Part shown: positions 17,502 through 29,065 of the stretch, piece after piece
Numbering within the stretch: position 1 is the first letter of the stretch
Layout of the letters: the number at the start of each line of letters is the position of its first letter
NCBI GenBank assembly: GCA_038063735.1
Contig: JBBTUN010000002.1
Span: forward strand, 13,321 to 77,320
From: Patescibacteria group bacterium
GTDB lineage: Bacteria > Patescibacteriota > Microgenomatia > Curtissbacterales > GWA2-41-24
DNA: 64,000 bases
Reading direction: 5' to 3'
Notes under the pieces: model-generated
Told to the model about the DNA's origin: nothing
Seen by the model: the letters and a program-made list of their open reading frames with translations, nothing else
Database searches by the model: none
Made by a program: the position numbers and the translations under genes

Positions 17502-19868
17502 ATGCCAATAGAGAGTGTAGGTAGACAAACGGGTCAGATTGATCCGCTTTCCGGATTTCAAATAATTTTAGGTACTTTGGGAATAATTGCTTTGGTTATT
17601 CTCGTTTTAGGTGGGCTGACATTTGTTGTTGGCTGGCTGTGGATTATCTGGATGAAGAATAAAAACCGGGAAGTAAAATCTTTGGACTTTGTCCTCATGC
17701 AAATTGCAGTGCCCAGGGATAATGAGATAAAGATTGATGCTGCCGAGCAAATGTTTGCGTCAATTTATTCAATACACAAAAGTCATGGGACTTTTGGATT
17801 TTTGACCCCACAAGAACATTTTTCCTTGGAGATTGTAGCAACACCCGAGCAGATTAAATTTTATATTTCTTGTCCTAAATCGCTTCAGGATCTGGTGGAG
17901 AAGCAAATTCATGGATCATATCCGGGGGCCGAAGTAAGAGAAGTAGACGAGTACAATATTTTTTCTGAAGATGGGAAGTTGGCTTTTGCAGCTCTTAGGC
18001 TTAAGGAATCTAATTATTACCCCTTAAAGACTCATAAAGATCTTGCTGTTGATCCCTTATCTCAAGTCACTTCGGCGCTTGCCAAAATGGCTCCGGGAGA
18101 GGGTGCTGTTATTCAAATACTGGCGTCACCCGCGGATGGCAGATGGAGAAGCGCAGGCAAGAAATTCGTTTCTAAAACAAAGAGCGCGGAGCTGGACCCC
18201 AAAAAGGAACACAGTGTGCCACCTGACCCCAAGAAAATGGAGGCCATTGAGAGCAAGTGTTCAAAAGTTGGGTTTAATGTGGTTATTAGAATTATGGTTT
18301 CTGCAAAAACCGATGAAGAAGCAAAAGTTCACTTGGATAATATTAAAAGCACTTTTTCCCAGTTTGATGGTGAATACAACGGTTTTGGCAATGCCGGAAT
18401 TAGGTTTAAGAAACAGTTTTTAGTTGATTTTATTTACAGGTATATGCCGCTTTTTGGCCAGTATGGGATTATAAATAGTGAAGAGTTGGCAACCCTATTT
18501 CACTTGCCGAATAAAACTGTTGAGACGCCGGGTATTTTTTGGGTTAATGCAAAAAGAGCACCGGCTCCGGCACAAATTCCGTCATCCGGGCTACATTTGG
18601 GAAAGAGTGTTTACCGCGGTTCTACTAAGGAAGTTTTTGTTTCCGATGATGATAGAAGGCGCCATATTTACATAATAGGGAAAACCGGTACCGGAAAGAC
18701 CGAGCTTTTGAAGTACATGATAATGCAGGATATTCGTGCCGGCCATGGAGTTTGTTTTATTGATCCTCATGGTGATGCTGCCGAAGACTTACTATCTCAA
18801 ATCCCACCAGAGCGGGCAGAGGATGTTATTTACTTTAATCCGGCGGATACCGAAAGACCGATTGGAATGAACATGCTGGAGGCGTCCACCGACCAGGAAA
18901 AACACTTTGTGGCAACCTACATTGTGGGTTTGATGTATAAGCTTTACGACCCACATAAGACGGGTATTATTGGCCCCAGATTTGAGCACGCAATCAGGAA
19001 TGCAATGCTTACCGTAATGAGTGAGCCCGGAAGTACTTTTATGGAAGTTGTCAGGGTACTAACTGACGCCAATTTTGTTCAGGAACTCCTACCAAAAGTT
19101 CAGGACCCGGTTGTAAGGCGCTATTGGACGGACCAGATTGCGCAGACATCTGACTTTCATAAAAGTGAAGTTTTAGATTACATCGTTTCCAAGTTTGGCA
19201 GATTTGTAACGGACAGAATGATGAGAAACATTATTGGGCAATCGCAAAGCGCATTTAATATTCGGGATATTATGGATAACCGTAAAATACTTTTGGTTAA
19301 CCTATCTAAAGGTAAAATTTCCGAAGAAAATTCCAACTTTTTGGGCTTAATACTGGTTCCTAAAATATTAGTCGCGGCCATGAGCAGGCAGGATGTGCCG
19401 GAGGCTCAGCGGCCGGATTTTTTCCTGTATGTTGATGAGTTTCAAAACTTTGCGACAGAAACGTTTGCAGATATTTTGGCAGAAGCCAGAAAATTTCATT
19501 TGAACCTAATTGTTGCAAATCAGTTTATAGGGCAGATAGAAGAGGATGTTAAAAACGCTATCTTTGGTAACGTAGGCACGATTGTTAGCTTTAGAATCGG
19601 CGTAACAGATGGAAATTACCTGCAGCATGAATTTACGCCGGTATTTAGTGAGACGGATTTAATAAATGTTGAGCGCTTTCATGCATATGCAAAAACCATT
19701 GTTCATAATGAACCGGTACCGCCGTTTTCTTTGGATACAACCCGCGATATATCTAAGATAGAGAAGGATGATAGGATAGCGGAAATGATTAAACAGTTGT
19801 CTCGTTTGCGATACGGACGGGATGTGAACGTGGTCGATGCGGAGATAGTACATAGAGCAAGGCTTTAG
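17502..19868 (+). CDS. Membrane-anchored HerA/FtsK/VirD4-like ATPase
   Basis: N-terminal TM; HIYIIGKTGTGKT, IDPHGD, YVDEFQNF, LAEARK, ANQ, IFGNVGT. Confidence 0.88.
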   Translation: MPIESVGRQTGQIDPLSGFQIILGTLGIIALVILVLGGLTFVVGWLWIIWMKNKNREVKSLDFVLMQIAVPRDNEIKIDAAEQMFASIYSIHKSHGTFGFLTPQEHFSLEIVATPEQIKFYISCPKSLQDLVEKQIHGSYPGAEVREVDEYNIFSEDGKLAFAALRLKESNYYPLKTHKDLAVDPLSQVTSALAKMAPGEGAVIQILASPADGRWRSAGKKFVSKTKSAELDPKKEHSVPPDPKKMEAIESKCSKVGFNVVIRIMVSAKTDEEAKVHLDNIKSTFSQFDGEYNGFGNAGIRFKKQFLVDFIYRYMPLFGQYGIINSEELATLFHLPNKTVETPGIFWVNAKRAPAPAQIPSSGLHLGKSVYRGSTKEVFVSDDDRRRHIYIIGKTGTGKTELLKYMIMQDIRAGHGVCFIDPHGDAAEDLLSQIPPERAEDVIYFNPADTERPIGMNMLEASTDQEKHFVATYIVGLMYKLYDPHKTGIIGPRFEHAIRNAMLTVMSEPGSTFMEVVRVLTDANFVQELLPKVQDPVVRRYWTDQIAQTSDFHKSEVLDYIVSKFGRFVTDRMMRNIIGQSQSAFNIRDIMDNRKILLVNLSKGKISEENSNFLGLILVPKILVAAMSRQDVPEAQRPDFFLYVDEFQNFATETFADILAEARKFHLNLIVANQFIGQIEEDVKNAIFGNVGTIVSFRIGVTDGNYLQHEFTPVFSETDLINVERFHAYAKTIVHNEPVPPFSLDTTRDISKIEKDDRIAEMIKQLSRLRYGRDVNVVDAEIVHRARL

Positions 19869-19897
19869 AATTTTTTCATAACTGCCCAATATTTTAA

Positions 19898-20236
19898 ATG
19901 TTTTTCTTAACTCCAATTTTGGCGGGAATAATTTTGGTTGGTACTCTTGGTGCTGGTACTTATGTAACCGAGCAAGCAAGGGAAGTTGTCTCTAAATATA
20001 ATTTATCGCAAATTAGTCATGTTTTGGAAATTTATTATGTGGAGGATAGCAAATATCCGCAGAGTTTGGAAGAGGTTGTTAGAAGAGGAGAGGTTAAGAA
20101 TTTAAACGTGGCGGATTATTCGTATGAGCTTTTTGGGGATACAAAAGATGTGAAGGTTTGTGAGATTAAAATAAATATTTGTTGGACTTCTTTAGTGGGT
20201 CTGGATGGATTCGAACCATCGACGTCCACCTTATAA
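19898..20236 (+). CDS. Pilin/GspG-like small protein (3' end overlaps the tRNA antisense)
   Basis: N-terminal hydrophobic helix, L..I...LE.YY.....YP.SL. Confidence 0.5.
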   Translation: MFFLTPILAGIILVGTLGAGTYVTEQAREVVSKYNLSQISHVLEIYYVEDSKYPQSLEEVVRRGEVKNLNVADYSYELFGDTKDVKVCEIKINICWTSLVGLDGFEPSTSTL

Positions 20237-20268
20237 GAGTGGCGCTCTAACCGCTGAGCTACAGACCC
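20196..20268 (-). tRNA. tRNA-Ile(UAU)
   Basis: Reverse complement GGGTCTGTAGCTCAGCGGTTAGAGCG-CCACT-CTTATAA-GGTGG-ACGTC-GATGGTTCGAATCCATC-CAGACCCA; CCA not encoded. Confidence 0.92.
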
Positions 20269-20303
20269 AATAATTTACTGGCAAGTATACCAAAATTTAT
20301 ATT

Positions 20304-20567
20304 TTATCTACCAAGACCGTCAAAAATTAATTTTTTGATCAATGATTGGTAGGGAATATCCATCTTGTGAGCCTGAATCTTTAACCTGTCTATCATGCCT
20401 GCTGGTAGACGCAATGTAATTGGCCTACTGGTAAGCTTTAGATTTGGAAAACTTACATGTCTGGCTGATGAATAATCCACGTATTGGGTAGAATCTACTC
20501 TTTGCCAGAAATCTCTTTCCTCTTTTTCAGATTTAAATTTTGGAATCAGTTTTAACTTTTTCTTCAT
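20304..20567 (-). CDS. BrnA-family (CopG/RHH) antitoxin
   Basis: IPKFKSEKEE..FW...DS, ITLRL, IPYQSLIK. Confidence 0.85.
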   Translation of the reverse strand: MKKKLKLIPKFKSEKEERDFWQRVDSTQYVDYSSARHVSFPNLKLTSRPITLRLPAGMIDRLKIQAHKMDIPYQSLIKKLIFDGLGR

Positions 20568-20847
20568 ACAACCTCCTTTCCTTAAAGTTTGCAATTCTTG
20601 CCGAAATTATTCTGACTTTATCGTTTCGTACTGTAAATGCAACAAATAACATCTTTACTTTTTTTATTTTACCTATCGCAATAAATCGAACCTCTTTTCC
20701 TGAGTGTTTTATATCCTCTTGAAAAAATAGGTTTTCATCAAGAAATGCGCTTTCTGCTTCGTTTTGAGTAATCCCATGTTTGTGAAGGCTTTTGTCAATG
20801 TTACCTCTATCCCACTCAAAGCCTTTGATTTTAGTTAAATCAATCAC
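20533..20847 (-). CDS. BrnT-family ribonuclease toxin
   Basis: GFEWD.GN..K...KHGI, E.RF.AIG, RIISAR...ER..YE; GTG start. Confidence 0.9.
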   Translation of the reverse strand: MIDLTKIKGFEWDRGNIDKSLHKHGITQNEAESAFLDENLFFQEDIKHSGKEVRFIAIGKIKKVKMLFVAFTVRNDKVRIISARIANFKERRLYEEKVKTDSKI

Positions 20848-20869
20848 TGTACATATGATATATGTACAG
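20847..20869. promoter_or_regulatory. Probable brnTA operator palindrome
   Basis: ctgtacatat-gat-atatgtacag, a 10-bp inverted repeat at the toxin start. Confidence 0.65.
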
Positions 20870-20908
20870 AGTAGGCTTGTCAATATTTTATACTGGTATA
20901 ATTTCCCC

Positions 20909-21697
20909 ATGAAGATTGGAATTGTTTTCAAAGAAGGTAATGTGAAAGCGCAAAGCTTGGTAAAGGAGGCAAGTGCATACATCCGATCTAGGGGGCATGA
21001 GGTTTTAGGTGAAGATGCACTTGAAGGAGCCGATTACATAGTAACCTTTGGTGGCGACGGTACTTTGATCCATAAGGCTTGCGAGCACGTAGAGCGTAAT
21101 GTCCCATTTGTAGGTGTAAATACCGGCAATATTGGCTTTTTGACCGCTGTAGAATCGGATAGTTGGCAAGAGGCAATGGACAAGATTTTGGCTGGGAAGG
21201 TTTTTGTTTCCGAAAGGATGAGTTTGCAGGTTGCGGTGGGTGATAAATTGTACAGTGCTGTTAATGAAGTGGCGGTAAAAGGCTTGTATAGAGTAGTGAA
21301 TTTAAAAATTAATATTAAGGGTGAGGATTTTTTGAGTATTCTGGGGGATGGGGTAATTGTAGCCGGACAAACCGGTTCTACGGCTTATTCTTTATCGGCA
21401 GGAGGTCCGATTGTGGATCCGGATTTGGACTGTTTTTTGCTAACACCGATTAACCCGATAGGTTTGCCAATTCCATCGGTTGTTTTGTCATCTACCGACA
21501 CTATTTCTATTTCTGTCGCCAAGGGTGGAGATGTTTCTTTAATCATCGACGGCCAGGAACACACAAAGCTTGAAAGTGGAGCAGTGGTGGGGGTAAAAAA
21601 AGGGGAAAATAATATTAAATTTGGATATTTTGACCAGAACCACTTTTTAAAGGCATTGAATGCAAAGTTTGGATTAGGAAGTCGGGCGAAGGGTTAG
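20909..21697 (+). CDS. nadK: NAD kinase
   Basis: GGDGT, G.IGFL, NE, DG....TGSTAYSLSAGGP. Confidence 0.95.
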   Translation: MKIGIVFKEGNVKAQSLVKEASAYIRSRGHEVLGEDALEGADYIVTFGGDGTLIHKACEHVERNVPFVGVNTGNIGFLTAVESDSWQEAMDKILAGKVFVSERMSLQVAVGDKLYSAVNEVAVKGLYRVVNLKINIKGEDFLSILGDGVIVAGQTGSTAYSLSAGGPIVDPDLDCFLLTPINPIGLPIPSVVLSSTDTISISVAKGGDVSLIIDGQEHTKLESGAVVGVKKGENNIKFGYFDQNHFLKALNAKFGLGSRAKG

Positions 21698-22212
21698 CTG
21701 TTAAATTTATCTACAATTTGTTTTAGCACTTCTTCTTCGGGCTTGTTCGTAGTGTCGATTTGCAGATTAAAAAACTTTGGATCGAGGTAATCTTCGTTTG
21801 AATACAGTTTTTTAAATTTAGCGTCCAGCCCAACTTCGCGTTTTTTGATTTCTTCTACCGTTTCCGCGTGGGTATGGTGTCTGGCGAGGGCCCTTTTAAA
21901 TCTTTCTTTGTCCTCGCACTTTAACAGAACTTTTAGGACTTCCGGATTATCTTTGGTAAAGTAGCCCAGATAATGGGCGTCGATAACCCAGCCACCGCTT
22001 TTGGCAAGCTCTGCTAGTTTGGCATCAGCCTCTTGGTCTACATTATCCGGAATTTGAGCTTTATCATAGAGGGGAATATTGTGCTCGAGAGCGTATTTAC
22101 GGAAGAAATCGCCCGCAGATTCGTATTTAAGATTGAGTTTTTGAGCCACATTCTTTGCAGCAGTAGATGTGCCTGAGGCTATTTGGCCGGAAATGACGAT
22201 GGAGCGATACAT
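21694..22212 (-). CDS. cmk: Cytidylate kinase, archaeal-type
   Basis: IVISG..ASGTST, SAGDFFR, D...D, IDTT. Confidence 0.75.
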   Translation of the reverse strand: MYRSIVISGQIASGTSTAAKNVAQKLNLKYESAGDFFRKYALEHNIPLYDKAQIPDNVDQEADAKLAELAKSGGWVIDAHYLGYFTKDNPEVLKVLLKCEDKERFKRALARHHTHAETVEEIKKREVGLDAKFKKLYSNEDYLDPKFFNLQIDTTNKPEEEVLKQIVDKFNS

Positions 22213-22216
22213 GGTT

Positions 22217-22281
22217 AATTTCCAATTACAAATTTCCAATTTCCAAATTTTGGAGCTTGGGGTTTTGTCATTTGGAATTGA
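22217..22281. repeat. Empty inverted heptamer array pair between atpC and cmk
   Basis: aatttcc aattaca aatttcc aatttcc ... ttggagc ttggggt ... ttggaat. Confidence 0.7.
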
Positions 22282-22692
22282 TTATACACGTCTGTGTCTT
22301 CTTTTTATCCTGAGTTGGGCGAGGGCTTTTTGGAGATTGGCAGCAGCGTAGGCGTATTCTTCCTCGCTGAGCTCATGTTTTTTGGCCAGTGCTTCTTCTG
22401 CCTCTTTTTTGGCTGCCTCGATTGCTTTTTCTTCCAGTTCTTCTTCCGGTGCTGCCAAATCTACCAGAACTTTGACGTTGTTTTGGGCGACTTGGGCAAA
22501 ACCAAAGCCGGCCGCAAGATGATTTTCTTTTGAATGTTTTTTGTAGAGCAGCTCTCCGGGTTCTACTAAGGTGATGAGACTGGTGTGATGGGGGAGAATT
22601 GTGATTTGACCGCTTTTTGTCGGGAGACTGATCTGGTCAACCTCATCGTCGAAAACCGTTTTTTCGGGAGTGATTATTTGAAGGTGGATCAT
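22282..22692 (-). CDS. atpC: ATP synthase epsilon subunit
   Basis: LQIITPE, G.ITILPHH, GFAQV. Confidence 0.93.
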   Translation of the reverse strand: MIHLQIITPEKTVFDDEVDQISLPTKSGQITILPHHTSLITLVEPGELLYKKHSKENHLAAGFGFAQVAQNNVKVLVDLAAPEEELEEKAIEAAKKEAEEALAKKHELSEEEYAYAAANLQKALAQLRIKRRHRRV

Positions 22693-22741
22693 GTGAATAA
22701 GTTACAAATTGATTTGTGCTAATTTATGTGAATGGGCCATA

Positions 22742-23035
22742 TTAATTAAAGAAAGGGATACCTAATAAAGGGAATATTGAAATTGCACCAATAAGTAAAG
22801 GCCAGAATAAGATAATAATGATCATTGTTTTTGGTCCAGCAATGAATTGACTGGCTGCTGTAACGTCTAGATATTTCGCAATGAGTAAGGTAATCACACC
22901 AAAAAGAAAATAAATACTAAGACTGGTGATTAGTGTTGGAATTTTTCCTGAAAATAACTTTCTTGAGATGAACCAACCTAATAAATAACTAATAACTATT
23001 CCAATAATTAATGTAAAGATTAATATGATTGCCAT
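22742..23035 (-). CDS. Hypothetical membrane protein inserted in the atp operon
   Basis: Three hydrophobic segments; AT-rich; between atpD and atpC. Confidence 0.6.
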   Translation of the reverse strand: MAIILIFTLIIGIVISYLLGWFISRKLFSGKIPTLITSLSIYFLFGVITLLIAKYLDVTAASQFIAGPKTMIIIILFWPLLIGAISIFPLLGIPFFN

Positions 23036-23040
23036 TTATA

Positions 23041-25295
<2,255 letters not shown>

Positions 25296-26918
25296 TTATT
25301 TGTTTTTGCGGGTCCTGCCACGCTTTTCCCCCGTCCGACGTCCTCGCTTTGAGTTTGAATTTGGTAATGATGTTTTCTTTTCGCTTGCTGCGGGCGCTCG
25401 ACGGGGTCCCCCAAGCGTGTCACCCGCGTCTGGGTTTGTTGAGGTAGTTTTTCCTGTCACTAATTTTTCCAGTTGGCCTTTAACAAAATCGTCTATTTCT
25501 TTTTTATCTTCCAAATAGTCTTTTAGCTTTTTGTTTGCTTCAAACAGTGCGAGAATTTTTTCTTCCTGTTTTGCCACATCTTCTATCGGGACGCTGTCGA
25601 GATGCCCATTGGTGACTGCCCACAGTATGACTACCTGAGCAGTAACGTCCATGGGTTTTAATTGCGGTTGTTTAAGAACCTCGACGATTCTCCGGCCACG
25701 TTCGAGGCGAATTCTGGTACTTTCATCCAGGTCCGACCCAAATTGGGCAAATGCTGCCAGAGATCTGTATTGAGATAAATCCAGCCTTAGGGTTCCGGCA
25801 ACTTGTTTCATCATTTTTGTTTGAGCTGCTCCACCGACACGCGAAACTGATATTCCAGGATTTACAGCGGGGCGGATGCCAGAATTAAAAAGATCTGCTT
25901 CCAGAAAGATTTGACCATCCGTTATTGAAATAACATTGGTTGGGATGTAAGCAGACACATCTCCGGCCTGGGTTTCGATAATGGGTAGGGCAGTCAGCGA
26001 TCCACCGCCGTATTTTTCGTCCATACGGGCTGCCCGTTCCAGGAGCCTCGAGTGAAGATAAAAAATATCTCCGGGGTAAGCTTCACGACCGGAAGGTCTT
26101 TTCAAAAGAAGAGAAAGTTGACGGTATGCCCAGGCGTGTTTGGATAAGTCGTCATAAATTACCAGTGCGTCCTTTCCCTGGTCCATAAAATATTCGCCCA
26201 TTGCACAACCTGTGTATGGAGCAACATACTGCATAGAAGCGGAGTCTGCGGCAGAGGCAGCGACTATTATCGTGTGATCGAGTGCTTTGTGTTTTTCGAG
26301 TGTTGCAACAACTTGGGCGATTTTACTGGTTTTCTGGCCAATTGCTACATAGATACAAATGACACCTTTACCTTTTTGGTTAATTATGGTGTCGAGTGTA
26401 ATTGCTGTTTTTCCGAGTCCCCTGTCTCCGATAATTAGCTCCCTTTGTCCGCGTCCAATTGGTATCATGGAATCAATTGCTTTAAGGCCCGTCTGTAGGG
26501 GAGTGTTAACAGATTTTCTGTAGATTACACCAGAGGCTATTTTTTCAACAGGATAAGCTTTTTTGGCCTTTATCGCACCTTTGTTGTCGATCGGATTTCC
26601 TAGTGCATTGATCACCCGACCAATTAATTCTTCGCCAACGGGGACTTCCAGAATCCTGCCGGTTGTTTGGCACTCGTCACCTTCTTTAAGTTGTGTCCAG
26701 TCTCCGAAGATAATCACTCCGACCGAATCTTCTTCGAGATTTAAGGCCAGGCCGGTGATGTCGTGTGGGAATTTAATAAGTTCGGATGCGGCTACATCGG
26801 AGAGACCGGCAACTCTGGCAACACCGTCACCGATTTCCAAAATTGTCCCGACATTTTTCGGAGCTTGTGAGAATTTTGACTTTTCTATTTGTTTTTCTAT
26901 TTCTTCTACAATACTCAT
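25296..26918 (-). CDS. atpA: ATP synthase alpha subunit with an element-derived C-terminal tail
   Basis: [31 protein letters not shown]. Confidence 0.98.
   Translation of the reverse strand: MSIVEEIEKQIEKSKFSQAPKNVGTILEIGDGVARVAGLSDVAASELIKFPHDITGLALNLEEDSVGVIIFGDWTQLKEGDECQTTGRILEVPVGEELIGRVINALGNPIDNKGAIKAKKAYPVEKIASGVIYRKSVNTPLQTGLKAIDSMIPIGRGQRELIIGDRGLGKTAITLDTIINQKGKGVICIYVAIGQKTSKIAQVVATLEKHKALDHTIIVAASAADSASMQYVAPYTGCAMGEYFMDQGKDALVIYDDLSKHAWAYRQLSLLLKRPSGREAYPGDIFYLHSRLLERAARMDEKYGGGSLTALPIIETQAGDVSAYIPTNVISITDGQIFLEADLFNSGIRPAVNPGISVSRVGGAAQTKMMKQVAGTLRLDLSQYRSLAAFAQFGSDLDESTRIRLERGRRIVEVLKQPQLKPMDVTAQVVILWAVTNGHLDSVPIEDVAKQEEKILALFEANKKLKDYLEDKKEIDDFVKGQLEKLVTGKTTSTNPDAGDTLGGPRRAPAASEKKTSLPNSNSKRGRRTGEKRGRTRKNK
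25310..25425 (+). mobile_element. 116-nt family D element, antisense within the atpA 3' end
   Basis: gggtcctgccacgctt...aagcgtgtcaccc. Confidence 0.8.
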
Positions 26919-26930
26919 ATATATAAATTT

Positions 26931-27314
26931 TTAATTTAAAATTATTTGTTCTAGCTTTACCTCCAGCGTATTATCCCAGATCCAGTCACCCTGATAAATT
27001 CGGGCGCCATATGTGATATTTGGATTTGTTTTGTTAGTAACTTTTGTTATGTGACCAATTTTTTTTAAATTATCAACAACACTTTTTTGGAGAGTTATTT
27101 TGTTGTTTGTTTCGATAATAATCTCTTCTTTTTTGAGTTTTTCGCTAATTAACCTTTTGTATGTCTTTAATATATGGGTAAGTTTAAAAGGATTTTGATT
27201 TATCAACTTGCCGGTTATAATCCGTACCTTTTTCTCGTCTACTATGCCTGCGGTTAAACTTCTTTTATATAAAGCTTTGGCAAGAACGTCTAAATATTTT
27301 TTACTTGTATTCAT
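26931..27314 (-). CDS. atpH: ATP synthase delta subunit (short form)
   Basis: Position between atpF and atpA; NP.I..G..I..GD...D.T...KL. Confidence 0.75.
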   Translation of the reverse strand: MNTSKKYLDVLAKALYKRSLTAGIVDEKKVRIITGKLINQNPFKLTHILKTYKRLISEKLKKEEIIIETNNKITLQKSVVDNLKKIGHITKVTNKTNPNITYGARIYQGDWIWDNTLEVKLEQIILN

Positions 27315-27818
27315 TTATATGTTTTTTGTAATTTCTGCAATAGATTTTTTTGTTAATTCTTGTTTTTCTTGAGGTTTCAGGTTTCTGCCAAGAACCTTTT
27401 TAACTACCTCTGTAACCAAGACAAGAGTTTCTTGGGCAATTTCTTCTTTCATTTTAACCTTTTGCGCTTCTATTTGATTTTGGGCAGAAGCTAGCGCTTC
27501 CGTAATAGTTTTTTTAGCTTCTTCTACGGCTTGTTTTGCTATTTCATCTGATTTTGCTCTGGCATCTTCGATTATTTGTTGTGCTTGGTCTTGGCTGGAA
27601 GCTATAATTTTTGCACTTCTTTCTTCTGTGTCTTTTAACTTTTGCTCAATAAGATCGGCGTTTTTCAGGCTTTCCTCTATAGTTTTTTTGCGGTCATCTA
27701 AAATTTTTAAGATTTTTCCATAAAAAAACTTCCTCAGTAAAAAGAGGATTATTAAGAAATTTACTATTTGTCCAAATAAAAGTGTTGGTTGGACGCCAAA
27801 ATCTTTTAGAATATCCAT
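27315..27818 (-). CDS. atpF: ATP synthase b subunit
   Basis: N-terminal TM (QIVNFLI), R...I, coiled coil. Confidence 0.93.
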   Translation of the reverse strand: MDILKDFGVQPTLLFGQIVNFLIILFLLRKFFYGKILKILDDRKKTIEESLKNADLIEQKLKDTEERSAKIIASSQDQAQQIIEDARAKSDEIAKQAVEEAKKTITEALASAQNQIEAQKVKMKEEIAQETLVLVTEVVKKVLGRNLKPQEKQELTKKSIAEITKNI

Positions 27819-27826
27819 TTACATGC

Positions 27827-27914
27827 TTAAAGACTAACGCTTAACGACAAACGCTAGTTACCATCTAATGACTGCCTTCTAATGCCTTAGTCGTTAGACG
27901 TTGGTCGTTTAGCG
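27827..27914. repeat. Empty inverted heptamer array pair between atpE and atpF
   Basis: aaagact aacgctt aacgaca aacgcta ... tagtcgt tagacgt tggtcgt; same unit type as the flanks of 6611-6979. Confidence 0.8.
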
Positions 27915-27918
27915 TAAT

Positions 27919-28137
<219 letters not shown>

Positions 28138-28216
28138 TCACCTCCTTTGATTAACTTGAAACAATAAACAATAAACTTAAAACTGCTTTTTTTGTTTTCT
28201 GTTTCTGGTTTATAGT

Positions 28217-28954
28217 TTAATGTTCGACAGCATGTTTTTCAGTTAAGATTACCATAAAAACCAAAGTGAGAATAGAGAAAATGAGTGCTTGGACAAAGGC
28301 GACCAGAAATTCCAAAAAGTAAAATGGGATTGGCACAATATAGGCGAATATTGATGTTGTGGCAGTTGTTAATAAAACCTCTCCTGCAAAAACGTTTCCG
28401 AAAAGCCTGAAGGATAGGGAGGCGATTTTGGTGAATTCCCCAATTAATTCCAGGATGCCAACAAACAAAAAAATAGGGTTTAGACTGAAAAATTTTCCTA
28501 AGTATCCACCAAGCCCCAGGTATTTGATTGCCAAATAATGTGTGGCAATCACAGAGACGATTGCAAGTGCCATCGTGGTGTTAAGGTCGGCATTCATACC
28601 TCTTAGAAAAGGGACAAATTTGTCGTGTTCCCAGAAGCCAATGGATCCGACACCAGGCAGGAGCCCAAAATAATTTCCGAATAAAATAAACAGGAAAAAT
28701 GTGGCAATGATTGGCAGGAATGCGTTGGTTTTTTCGGCAGCAATGGAGGAGACAAGGCCGTGAAGACCGTCGATCATGATTTCTGCAATATTCTGTAAAG
28801 TTCCGGGGACTGCTTTTGCTTTTCTGGTTGCGAGGTATGCAAAGGTGATAAGAATAATTGTTACAATCCAGGTGGTAAGAACGGAGTTTGTAACCGGAAA
28901 CGGGCCAATATTAAAAAGTTTTTCTGCTGCTAGTTCTACGTGTACTGCTGCCAT
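28217..28954 (-). CDS. atpB: ATP synthase a subunit
   Basis: SLSFRLFGN.FAGE, VQA.IF..LT. Confidence 0.96.
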   Translation of the reverse strand: MAAVHVELAAEKLFNIGPFPVTNSVLTTWIVTIILITFAYLATRKAKAVPGTLQNIAEIMIDGLHGLVSSIAAEKTNAFLPIIATFFLFILFGNYFGLLPGVGSIGFWEHDKFVPFLRGMNADLNTTMALAIVSVIATHYLAIKYLGLGGYLGKFFSLNPIFLFVGILELIGEFTKIASLSFRLFGNVFAGEVLLTTATTSIFAYIVPIPFYFLEFLVAFVQALIFSILTLVFMVILTEKHAVEH

Positions 28955-28979
28955 GTTTTAATTATACTTTTTTATTTCC

Positions 28980-29030
28980 AAAAAAAGGACTTCTTGTCCG
29001 CCTAGCTGGCGAGACAAAAGCCCTTTGGGC
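28980..29030 (-). terminator. Hairpin plus U-tract beginning GCCCAAAGG, just upstream of atpB
   Basis: Reverse complement gcccaaagggcttttgtc..gacaagaagtccttttttt. Confidence 0.65.
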
Positions 29031-29065
29031 AAAAATATACCAAACAATTAATAAATAGGCAAGGG

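Noticed and set aside
17502-19868. Conjugative element / ICE
   Set aside because: A lone coupling-type ATPase with no relaxase, VirB genes or att sites nearby.
19898-20869. tRNA-anchored genomic island with brnTA
   Set aside because: The TA pair lies on the 5' side of the tRNA; no duplicated tRNA 3' end or adjacent integrase was found.
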